A stretch of DNA of 64,000 bases from an uncultured Lachnospiraceae bacterium (GTDB lineage: Bacteria > Bacillota > Clostridia > Lachnospirales > Lachnospiraceae), in contig CAJUDE010000003.1 of assembly GCA_910585295.1 (NCBI GenBank), positions 2,321-66,320 on the forward strand, written 5' to 3'. The position numbers and the translations under genes are program-made. The notes below the pieces were generated by a model. It saw only the letters and a program-made list of their open reading frames with translations. It was not told where the DNA came from and made no database searches. Numbering within the stretch: position 1 is the stretch's first letter; each line of letters begins with the position of its first letter. This document shows, piece by piece, positions 39,119 through 47,596 of this stretch.

Positions 39119-39700
39119 ATGGGAAAGATTAAAGTTACGGATAACTGTAATGGGATTCAGGGCCTGAAAGTCATTGAGCCGTCCGTATTTGGCGATGCGC
39201 GGGGTTATTTTATGGAAACCTATAATTACAATGATTTTGCAGAGGCAGGGATTGGCTGCACTTTTGTGCAGGATAACCAGTCCGCGTCCAAAAAGGGCGT
39301 GCTGCGGGGGCTGCATTTTCAGGTCAATTACCCACAGGACAAACTGGTGCGCGTAGTGCATGGGGAAGTGTTTGACGTTGCCGTGGATTTGCGGGAAGGT
39401 TCCGAGACATTTGGCAAATGGTTTGGGGTAACGCTTTCTGCGGAGAACAAGAAGCAGTTTTTTATTCCAAAGGGGTTTGCCCATGGGTTTGTGGTGCTTT
39501 CTGACTATGCAGAATTTTGTTATAAAGTGACGGATTTCTACCATCCAAATGATGAAGGCGGGCTGTTCTGGAAGGACAGTAAAATTGGAGTGGAGTGGCC
39601 GATGCCAAACGGGATGTCAGAAGAAGATTTAACTTTATCTGACAAAGATAAGGTCTGGGGCGGGCTGGATGAATATGTTGCCAGCCGCAAAGAAAGGTAG
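39119..39700 (+). CDS. rmlC: dTDP-4-dehydrorhamnose 3,5-epimerase
   Basis: FGDARGYFME, FVQDNQS, GVLRGLHFQ, PKGFAHGF, LSDKD. Confidence 0.96.
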   Translation: MGKIKVTDNCNGIQGLKVIEPSVFGDARGYFMETYNYNDFAEAGIGCTFVQDNQSASKKGVLRGLHFQVNYPQDKLVRVVHGEVFDVAVDLREGSETFGKWFGVTLSAENKKQFFIPKGFAHGFVVLSDYAEFCYKVTDFYHPNDEGGLFWKDSKIGVEWPMPNGMSEEDLTLSDKDKVWGGLDEYVASRKER

Positions 39701-39707
39701 GTTTTGG

Positions 39708-41801
39708 ATGAAAAAGAGGATTTTAGCGTTTTTCCTGGCAGGGGCTATGGCGATAACTATGGCTCCTACAGAAGTATTTGCCGTGTCAGGGCAGAAAGAG
39801 GCTGTTGTAGAACGGGCGGCAAAGGAGGATGGCCAGGAAGGCGACGCGTTGGATGGGACGCTGACAGAGGGAGGCATATTGGAGGAAGGCTTAGCGCCGA
39901 GCCAAACAGAGGAAGCGCCCAGCCAGCAAGAGGCAGAAACAGTAAAAGAGGGCAAAATGGGCAGCGAGCCGATGGAGCCGGAACCAGAGCCAGGGGCTGC
40001 CCCTGCGAATGAAATTCCCGAAGGGCAGATAGAAGGCTGGACTCCGTCAATGGGCGGGTTGGAGCGCCCTGAGGTACTGGAATTGACAGAGGAAGCAGCG
40101 CAATCCCTAGATATGCTGGAGCTGGAAGAGGATGCAGAAGGGAACTTGACGTACCGTTCCAGGGTATTAGGCTCCCAGAAATATAATACCGAATGGGATA
40201 GTTATTCCAGTAATTATATTTATAATTTGTTAGATAAAAACGAAAGGGAATTTTGGAACGCGCTGGATCAGGTTTTACGGGAATATTTGACTGGCACCCA
40301 GAATGCAATGGCGGCTAATGTTCAAGGTAAGACATACCATTGCGCCAGTAAAGGGGTGAACCTGCTATATTTTGGAATCTCTTCTAGCCGGGCAAATGAT
40401 TTGTTTTTAATGTTCAATTATTCCAACCCCCAATATTACTTTTTGGGGAATGGATATTTAACCAGCAATAACGCCATGTACCTGATGATTTATGACGAGT
40501 TTGCAAACGGCGCTGTTAGGAAATCAGAGACAGCCAAAGTGAAAGCCCAGATTGACGCTATGGAAGCCCAGATAGCAAAAGGGGCGGATGATGTGCAGAA
40601 GGCGAAGATTGCCCATGACATAATCTGCGAGAAAGTGCTGTACGACCATGATTATGACAAACCAATTCCTAATACCCCATTCCATCAGAGTGCGTACAGT
40701 GTGTTCTGTGACGACTATACGGTATGCGCCGGCTATACCAAGGCGTTTACGACCCTAATGAATGGGGCTGGGATTGATACCATAAGCGTTACCAGTGAAT
40801 ACCATGCCTGGAACCTGATTTCACTGAATGATTCTTGGTACCATGTGGACTGTACTTGGGATGATGCGGATGGCCAGCAGGGCTATGAGATAATATACCG
40901 CCATTTTAACCGCAGCACAGCCAAGATGCGAGGGGAGCTGGACCAAGAGGGCTACCATCGGACCGAATATTTTTACGAGGGGTTACTGCCCGAGGCAACC
41001 CATGATTCTGGGGCGACCCTCACCTCGATTGGGACTGTTTGGGAGCCTACGGAAATTACAGGGGCGCCTCAAATCTCCAAATTAACTTCCGGCGGGAAAA
41101 TCATGGTATCCCTGACAAATACTACGCCTGGGGCGGATATCTATTATACCCTGGATGGGAATGACCCCTCTTCCTCTGCCAGCAGGAGCTATTTTTATAC
41201 AGGCGGTTATTTCCTTGTAGATAACAATACCACAGTCAAGGCGATTGCGGTAAAGGACTCTATGTGGGACAGCGACATAAGCTCCCAGCTTATTAAGGTA
41301 CAGACCTACACCGTTACATTTGATTCTATGGGCGGCAGTAAGGTATCTTCCCAAAAAGTAATCAGCGGGGCAAAGGCGGCAAGGCCGAAAAAACCCAAGC
41401 GCAGCAAATATATTTTTGACGGCTGGTATACAACAAAAAATGGCAAAACCAAGTATAATTTTGGCAAGGCAGTAACAGGGAATATTACAGTTTATGCCAA
41501 ATGGAAGAAAGTTACAGTAGGGAAAGCCTCTATCAGTAAGTTAGAGAATAAATCAGGGAAGAAGATGAAAGTCACCTTTAAGAAGGTCAGCGGGGCAAAG
41601 GGCTATGAGATCCGCTATTCCACAAACTCTAAATTGAAGTCTGCGAAGAAGTCAAGCCTCAAATCTACAAGCAAGACGTTGGGAGGGCTGAAAAAGAATA
41701 AGAAGTACTATGTCCAGGTAAGGGCTTATAAGACAGACTCAAAAGGCAATAAAGTATACGGCGCATGGAGTAAAACAAAGTCGGTGACGATTCGTAAGTA
41801 A
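39708..41801 (+). CDS. Secreted transglutaminase-like protein with Fn3-associated, InlB B-repeat and FN3 domains
   Basis: Signal peptide; VCAGYTKAF...HAWNLI...YHVDCTWDD (Cys-His-Asp); IYYTLDGNDP; VTFDSMGGS...FDGWY; basic C-terminal YYVQVRAY. Confidence 0.8.
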   Translation: MKKRILAFFLAGAMAITMAPTEVFAVSGQKEAVVERAAKEDGQEGDALDGTLTEGGILEEGLAPSQTEEAPSQQEAETVKEGKMGSEPMEPEPEPGAAPANEIPEGQIEGWTPSMGGLERPEVLELTEEAAQSLDMLELEEDAEGNLTYRSRVLGSQKYNTEWDSYSSNYIYNLLDKNEREFWNALDQVLREYLTGTQNAMAANVQGKTYHCASKGVNLLYFGISSSRANDLFLMFNYSNPQYYFLGNGYLTSNNAMYLMIYDEFANGAVRKSETAKVKAQIDAMEAQIAKGADDVQKAKIAHDIICEKVLYDHDYDKPIPNTPFHQSAYSVFCDDYTVCAGYTKAFTTLMNGAGIDTISVTSEYHAWNLISLNDSWYHVDCTWDDADGQQGYEIIYRHFNRSTAKMRGELDQEGYHRTEYFYEGLLPEATHDSGATLTSIGTVWEPTEITGAPQISKLTSGGKIMVSLTNTTPGADIYYTLDGNDPSSSASRSYFYTGGYFLVDNNTTVKAIAVKDSMWDSDISSQLIKVQTYTVTFDSMGGSKVSSQKVISGAKAARPKKPKRSKYIFDGWYTTKNGKTKYNFGKAVTGNITVYAKWKKVTVGKASISKLENKSGKKMKVTFKKVSGAKGYEIRYSTNSKLKSAKKSSLKSTSKTLGGLKKNKKYYVQVRAYKTDSKGNKVYGAWSKTKSVTIRK

Positions 41802-41828
41802 CTCTGGGCAGCCTGGCTTAAATTATTA

Positions 41829-41858
41829 TGGGCCGGAAACGAAAAGGTTTCCGGCCCA
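41829..41858. terminator. Terminator-like hairpin between convergent genes
   Basis: TGGGCCGGAAAC-loop-GTTTCCGGCCCA, 12-bp perfect stem. Confidence 0.75.
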
Positions 41859-41860
41859 AT

Positions 41861-42012
41861 TTCTTATCTTATAGGAAATACCGTGTTACTGTGAAGTGTT
41901 AAAATGTATGGATTTTCTATAAGATAAAAACATTTATGCGCAGCTCACGGATAGGAAATTTATTGCTGCGCAATCCGTTCGCGCGCGGAGAATGCGTTTT
42001 ACGCATTCTTTT
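41861..42012. repeat. Cluster of palindromes, possibly a REP-like extragenic element
   Basis: 19-bp inverted repeat (41861-41879 / 41912-41930, 2 mismatches); GCGCAGC...GCTGCGC (41938-41971); AGAATGCGT-ttt-ACGCATTCT (41989-42009). Confidence 0.55.
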
Positions 42013-42719
42013 TATTCTTTCATGCAGTTCCAGTCTAATGTGATATATGACTTGGTTTTCCCATGGTACATGGTCACTGAGATATAATCTGCCGCGCCGT
42101 CAAAGGTGAATTTTTTAGAAAAAGAAAGCTTGCGGCAAGAGTTAATCACATAGCTTGCAGTCCCATATTGTATCCGTAAGGAAGAGATTTTCCATCCCTT
42201 TGCAGCTTTTAAGGAGACAGCTTGATTCTTGAGGTCGACGGTGTGGAAGTAGTTGCATTCTGTAGAGGAACGGAACCGTGTGGTAAAGTCTTTTTTGCCA
42301 ACTTTAAACCTACTGAAAGGATTACTGTATTTCTTGACCGTAATGGTTGAGGTTAAGGTTTGTTTCCCAATCTGAAAGGAAATAGCCGCAGTTCCAGGCT
42401 TTTTGAAAAAATAGACCCGGATATCTCCTGATTTGTCAATATATGGCCTTGCAATGGAAGGGTCGCTGCTTTTCAAGGAATGGATATAAGAAGCCTTGGG
42501 CTTCTTGTATGTCCCTTTTTTGTAAACTTTTAGGGTGACATATGTAGCAGGCAAATCATCAGGCACGCAATAAAACGCCATATTCTGGTAAGCGCTTGGC
42601 AGGTAATAAGCAGAGGCGGCTTCGGCAGTGCTTGCCGCCTGTGGGGCAAAGAGCATTCCAGTAAACAAAATCACAAATGCCAATGTCAGTGAAATCGTTT
42701 TTTTCCATACTTTTTTCAA
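42012..42719 (-). CDS. Secreted, Lys-rich hypothetical protein
   Basis: Only substantial minus-strand ORF without a + strand gene over it; RBS GGAGG, TTG start, signal peptide ending AEA. Confidence 0.8.
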   Translation of the reverse strand: MKKVWKKTISLTLAFVILFTGMLFAPQAASTAEAASAYYLPSAYQNMAFYCVPDDLPATYVTLKVYKKGTYKKPKASYIHSLKSSDPSIARPYIDKSGDIRVYFFKKPGTAAISFQIGKQTLTSTITVKKYSNPFSRFKVGKKDFTTRFRSSTECNYFHTVDLKNQAVSLKAAKGWKISSLRIQYGTASYVINSCRKLSFSKKFTFDGAADYISVTMYHGKTKSYITLDWNCMKE

Positions 42720-42864
42720 GAATAAGACCTCCCATACATATATTTTGAGTGAAAATAAGTAATAAAGCTAATAATAAAAGTATCATAATTATTTGGAAAA
42801 AACAATGGAGGATTTCACATGGAATTGTTAAGAATTTCCTAATTTTTTCTAAATACGTTATAAT

Positions 42865-42893
42865 TTGCTTATTTTAGGCAGCCGTGTTATAAT
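42865..42893 (+). promoter_or_regulatory. Sigma-A-type promoter for the wzm/wzt operon
   Basis: TTGCTT-17 bp-TATAAT with TG extension. Confidence 0.55.
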
Positions 42894-42941
42894 ATGCGAA
42901 GGCTGGGAAGCCAGAATTTGGAAAAGGATTGTAGGTCGTAT

Positions 42942-43769
42942 ATGAATCGGACGTCAGATAATATTATTTCAGAAGTGATAGAAAACCGCCAGTTAATTAA
43001 AAGCCTGGCGAAGAATGATTTTAAGACAAAATTTGCCGGATCCTACCTGGGGACTATTTGGGCGTTTGTGCAGCCGGTGATTACAGTATTAATTTACTGG
43101 TTTGTGTTTGAGAAGGCAATAGGGATGCGCGCTTCCATCCGTGGGGAGCTTCCGCTGCCTTATGTGCTGTGGCTGGTGGCGGGGATTGTGCCATGGTTTT
43201 TCTTTTCCGACTGCATCAGCGCAGGGACGGCTGTTTTGTCTGAGTATAATTACCTGGTCAAAAAGGTGGTATTCAACATTGATATCCTTCCAGTTGTAAA
43301 AGTATTTTCTTCTATTTTTGTACATGTTTTTTTTGTGGCTTTTATGGTGCTGCTGTTTGTGCTGTATGGCTACCTGCCCGATATGTATATGCTGCAGGCG
43401 GCGTATTACAGTTTTGGGGTATTGCTGCTGGCTCTGGGGTTCAGCTACTTGACCAGCGCTATCTCTGTATTTTTTCCGGATGTGCGGCAGATTGTGAATA
43501 TTGCATTGCAAATCGGCATCTGGGCCACGCCTATTATGTGGAATGTGGATGATATGAAAAGCAAGATACCAGGGGCAGCCCTTGTATTGTTGAAATGCAA
43601 TCCCCTTTATTATATTGTCTTAGGGTACCGGGAATCCTTTATTGACAAGGTTTGGTTCTGGGAACATCCAGGGATGACGGTTTATTTCTGGGCTTTTACC
43701 ATTGTTGTATGTTTGTTGGGTGTTTCCATATTTAAACGGTTAAAGGTACATTTTGCGGATGTGCTGTAG
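42942..43769 (+). CDS. wzm: Polysaccharide ABC exporter permease (Wzm)
   Basis: AKNDFKTKFAGSYLGTIWAFVQP, YLVKKVVF, ATPIMW, NPLYYIV, HFADVL. Confidence 0.9.
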   Translation: MNRTSDNIISEVIENRQLIKSLAKNDFKTKFAGSYLGTIWAFVQPVITVLIYWFVFEKAIGMRASIRGELPLPYVLWLVAGIVPWFFFSDCISAGTAVLSEYNYLVKKVVFNIDILPVVKVFSSIFVHVFFVAFMVLLFVLYGYLPDMYMLQAAYYSFGVLLLALGFSYLTSAISVFFPDVRQIVNIALQIGIWATPIMWNVDDMKSKIPGAALVLLKCNPLYYIVLGYRESFIDKVWFWEHPGMTVYFWAFTIVVCLLGVSIFKRLKVHFADVL

Positions 43770-43855
43770 GATATTCCATAGTTTATGCTATAGCACGGAT
43801 TCCATATGGCCAGCAGCACAGAAGGCGGCAGGGCCGCCTGCCAGAGGGGGAAAAG

Positions 43856-45118
43856 ATGCCAAAAACAGCGATTAAAGTGAAGAATGTCAGCAAAATATAT
43901 AAATTATATGATACCAGGGCCGCCCGCCTGAAAGATGCGTTAGGGCTTTCTAGGAATCAAGGATACCAGGAACATGCGGCGCTGCATGACATTACACTGG
44001 AAATAAAAAAAGGTGAAACGGTAGGGATTATCGGCACAAATGGCTCTGGGAAATCCACATTGCTTAAGATTATTACAGGCGTAATCCGCCAAACCCAGGG
44101 GGAAGTGGAGGTGGATGGGAGGATTTCAGCGCTGTTGGAGCTGGGCGCCGGGTTTAACAATGAATATACTGGGATTGAGAATGTATATTTGCAGGGGACT
44201 ATGATGGGGTTTTCCAGGGAAGAAGTGGATAAAAAGATGGATGCAATCCTGGAATTTGCAGATATTGGGGATTTTATCCATCAGCCTGTGAAAACCTATT
44301 CCAGCGGCATGTTTGTGCGCCTTGCGTTTGCGGTGGCAATTAATATAGAGCCGGAAATCCTGATTGTAGACGAGGCATTGTCTGTGGGCGACGTCTTTTT
44401 CCAATCCAAGTGTTACCGGAAGTTTGAGGAATTTAAGGAGCTGGGCAAGACCATTTTGTTTGTGAGCCATGATTTAAGCAGCATTACGAAATATTGCGAC
44501 CGGGCGGTTTTGCTGAACAAAGGCGTAAAGGTGATGGAAGGCACGCCCAAAGAAGCAGTGGACCGGTTTAAGATGGCTTTGGTAGCCCAGGAAGAGGAGC
44601 AGCGCAAGGAGAATTCTTCCCTTTGGCAGCCAGGGCATGCAGGGGAGCAATGGAGGGATGGCTTGTCAGTCAATCCGGAAACATTGGAATATGGCGATAA
44701 GAAGGCAGAAATTATTGATTTTGCAATTGTGGATCGGACTGGTAAAATTACGAATGTCGTGCAAAAAGGTGAAGTATTTACCATTAAAATGAAAGTATTG
44801 TTCCAAGAGGCTGTGTCGGAACCGATTTTTGCCTTTACCTTGAAAAATTTGATGGGAATAGAGCTTACAGGGACAAACACCATGTTGGAGAAACAGCCAG
44901 TGGAGCAAAAAAACGCCGGGGATGTACAGGTAGTCAGCTTTACGCAGAAAATGACGCTGCAGGGCGGGGAATATTTGCTGTCCTTTGGATGCACTGGATA
45001 TGAGAGGGAAGAATTTAAGGTACACCATCGGCTGTATGATGTGTGCAGCCTTGCTGTGGTTTCAGAAAAAAATACCGTGGGTTATTTTGACATGGAATCT
45101 GCGGTGGAGATGGAGTAA
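43856..45118 (+). CDS. wzt: Polysaccharide ABC exporter ATPase with C-terminal carbohydrate-binding domain (Wzt)
   Basis: GTNGSGKS, YSSGMFVRLAFA, DEALSVGD, plus a ~170-aa C-terminal extension. Confidence 0.9.
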   Translation: MPKTAIKVKNVSKIYKLYDTRAARLKDALGLSRNQGYQEHAALHDITLEIKKGETVGIIGTNGSGKSTLLKIITGVIRQTQGEVEVDGRISALLELGAGFNNEYTGIENVYLQGTMMGFSREEVDKKMDAILEFADIGDFIHQPVKTYSSGMFVRLAFAVAINIEPEILIVDEALSVGDVFFQSKCYRKFEEFKELGKTILFVSHDLSSITKYCDRAVLLNKGVKVMEGTPKEAVDRFKMALVAQEEEQRKENSSLWQPGHAGEQWRDGLSVNPETLEYGDKKAEIIDFAIVDRTGKITNVVQKGEVFTIKMKVLFQEAVSEPIFAFTLKNLMGIELTGTNTMLEKQPVEQKNAGDVQVVSFTQKMTLQGGEYLLSFGCTGYEREEFKVHHRLYDVCSLAVVSEKNTVGYFDMESAVEME

Positions 45119-45127
45119 AAGGACGAA

Positions 45128-47581
45128 ATGATAGAGAAATTTAATGTGGTAAGGGTCAGGTTCCATATAGAAGATAAGCAAGTTTTCGTGGTTCAGGGAT
45201 GGAAGCATGGCATGGGGCCAAAGGACAGGCTCATGCCAATGCTAGATGGCGAAGAGCTTTGCTTTGAACAAAAAATATATGACGGTATGGAAGTGCGGCA
45301 GCGTTATATGGTATATGATATGGCAATTGAAGAGGAGTATTTCCTCTATATTACATTGCCAAAGCATTTGGATGGGAAGAAAGAACTGGTGTTATGGGTG
45401 GTAGATGGAGAGGAGGGGGGCAAGCGCCCAGTATACCGGGAGAAGGCCGCAAACCTCCAAAAGCTTCAAAATGAAATTGATTTTTTCCTGGAGCAGGTAA
45501 GCCTCCAAAAAGACCAGTGCTACATGAAAGGATGGGCGGCTAGTGCCTCCCCAATCACCATTAAGGTAAAAGGGGCTGGGGGGAAGCCCATAGACAGCCA
45601 GGTGTCTTGGCATGGGCGCAGGGACGTGGCTCAGGTCTACCGGGAGGTGGAGGGCCTTCCAGACAGCGGGTTTGAAGTAGTGCTGCCCCACCGGGGGATA
45701 TCGGCAGTCAGTTTGGAACTGACGGACGGCGGCAGGTCCAGCGAAGTGAAGGTTCCGGTCGTGTCCACCTTTTTCTTTGAAAATATGTTGGGGAACAGCT
45801 ACCTTGGTAAAGGGGCCAGGTTTTTGCACCAGCATGGGTGGAAACAATTTTGTACTCGAACGATGCAGGTGCTTGCCCAGAAATCTGCGTCCCAGGGGGA
45901 TTATGGGAAATACCGGCTGGCTGTGGCGCCTACGGAAGAGGAGCTGTCACGGCAGCGGAAGGAAAATTTCCAATATGCCCCATTGATTTCCATTGTTGTG
46001 CCGTTATACAAGACGCCAGAGAAGTACTTAGGGCAATTAGTGAAGTCTGTGCAAAGCCAGACATATGGGAACTGGGAACTTTGCCTGTCCGATGGAAGCG
46101 GCAAAGATTCCCCTTTAGAAAAATACCTCAGCAGGTTAGAAAGCCAGGAACCACGGGTGAAAGTCGTGCGCAATAGCGGGCAGCTCCAGATTTCCGAGAA
46201 TACAAATGTAGCGCTGCAAGCTGCAAGCGGGGAGTTTATAGCATTTGCGGACCATGATGACCTGCTGTCTGAGGATGCGCTGTATGAATGCGTGAAAGCC
46301 CTGCAAAAGGAACCCGAAACGGAATTAATCTATTCAGATGAAGATAAAGTTTCTATGAATGGGAAACATTATTTCCAGCCTCATTTTAAATCGGATTATA
46401 ATCCAGATTTACTTTGCAGCATGAATTACTTTTGCCATTTAGTGGTGGTGAAGAAGAAACTGCTTGAGAAGGCAGGGATGCTTGACGCTGCATTTGACGG
46501 CGCCCAGGATTATGATTTTGTGTTGCGGTGTACCGAGCATACGGACAAGATTTTCCATATTCCCAAGGTGTTATACCATTGGCGGGCCCATGAGAATTCC
46601 ACTGCAGAGAACCCAGAAAGCAAGCGATATGCCTTTGAGGCAGGGAAACGGGCGGTACAGGCCCATTTGGATAGGCTAAAAATCCCTGCCAGGGTTGAAA
46701 TGGGGGAATATCCAGGGCTTTACCGTGTGCATTACCAATGGAAGGAACAGCCTTTAGTCTCTATCTTAATCCCCAATAAAGACCATGTGGAGGATTTGGA
46801 TAAGTGCATCCAGTCCATTGAGCAGCGGTCGAATTACCGTAATTATGAATTTATTATTATAGAAAATAACAGTGAATTGCCAGAAACGTTTGAATATTAT
46901 AAAAGGCTGGAGGCAGAAAATAAGAAAGCCAGGGTGGTGTATTGGGAGAAAGGATTTAATTTCTCTGCAATCAATAATTTTGGGGCAGGGTTTGCCAAAG
47001 GGGAATACCTGCTGTTATTAAACAATGATACAGAGATGATTGGGCCTGACTGCCTTTGGGAATTGCTGGGGCCATGTATGCGGGAGGATGTTGGGATAAC
47101 AGGCGCAAGGCTGTATTATGAGGACGGCACGATACAGCATGCCGGTGTGGTGATTGGGTTTGGCGGCATTGCAGGGCATACGTTTATTGGGTTTGACAAG
47201 GAAGCCAACGGTTATTTTTCCAGGATTATTTGCGCCCAGAATTACAGTGCGGTGACGGCGGCATGCATGATGACTAAAAAATCTGTTTACCAAGAAGTGG
47301 GAGGATTAACAGAGGACTTGGTTGTCGCATTTAATGACATTGATTATTGTATGAAAGTAAAGAAATTTGGAAAGCTGATAGTATATAACCCTTATGCGGA
47401 ACTGTACCATTATGAGTCAAAATCCAGAGGGTTGGAGGACTCACCTCAGAAACAGGAACGCTACTATAAGGAAATGAAATATTTTGTAACAAAATGGCAG
47501 GAGTTTATGGATCAGGGAGACCCATACTATAATCCGAACCTTACATTGTCGAAAGCGGATTTTTCCCTGCGGCAGGTTTAG
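45128..47581 (+). CDS. Two-domain GT2 glycosyltransferase (putative rhamnan polymerase)
   Basis: First domain ISIVVPLY...DHDD...GAQDYD; second domain VSILIPNKD...LLNND...AVTAAC...FNDIDYC...HYESKSRG. Confidence 0.88.
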   Translation: MIEKFNVVRVRFHIEDKQVFVVQGWKHGMGPKDRLMPMLDGEELCFEQKIYDGMEVRQRYMVYDMAIEEEYFLYITLPKHLDGKKELVLWVVDGEEGGKRPVYREKAANLQKLQNEIDFFLEQVSLQKDQCYMKGWAASASPITIKVKGAGGKPIDSQVSWHGRRDVAQVYREVEGLPDSGFEVVLPHRGISAVSLELTDGGRSSEVKVPVVSTFFFENMLGNSYLGKGARFLHQHGWKQFCTRTMQVLAQKSASQGDYGKYRLAVAPTEEELSRQRKENFQYAPLISIVVPLYKTPEKYLGQLVKSVQSQTYGNWELCLSDGSGKDSPLEKYLSRLESQEPRVKVVRNSGQLQISENTNVALQAASGEFIAFADHDDLLSEDALYECVKALQKEPETELIYSDEDKVSMNGKHYFQPHFKSDYNPDLLCSMNYFCHLVVVKKKLLEKAGMLDAAFDGAQDYDFVLRCTEHTDKIFHIPKVLYHWRAHENSTAENPESKRYAFEAGKRAVQAHLDRLKIPARVEMGEYPGLYRVHYQWKEQPLVSILIPNKDHVEDLDKCIQSIEQRSNYRNYEFIIIENNSELPETFEYYKRLEAENKKARVVYWEKGFNFSAINNFGAGFAKGEYLLLLNNDTEMIGPDCLWELLGPCMREDVGITGARLYYEDGTIQHAGVVIGFGGIAGHTFIGFDKEANGYFSRIICAQNYSAVTAACMMTKKSVYQEVGGLTEDLVVAFNDIDYCMKVKKFGKLIVYNPYAELYHYESKSRGLEDSPQKQERYYKEMKYFVTKWQEFMDQGDPYYNPNLTLSKADFSLRQV

Positions 47582-47596
47582 GCTGGGGAGGCTACT

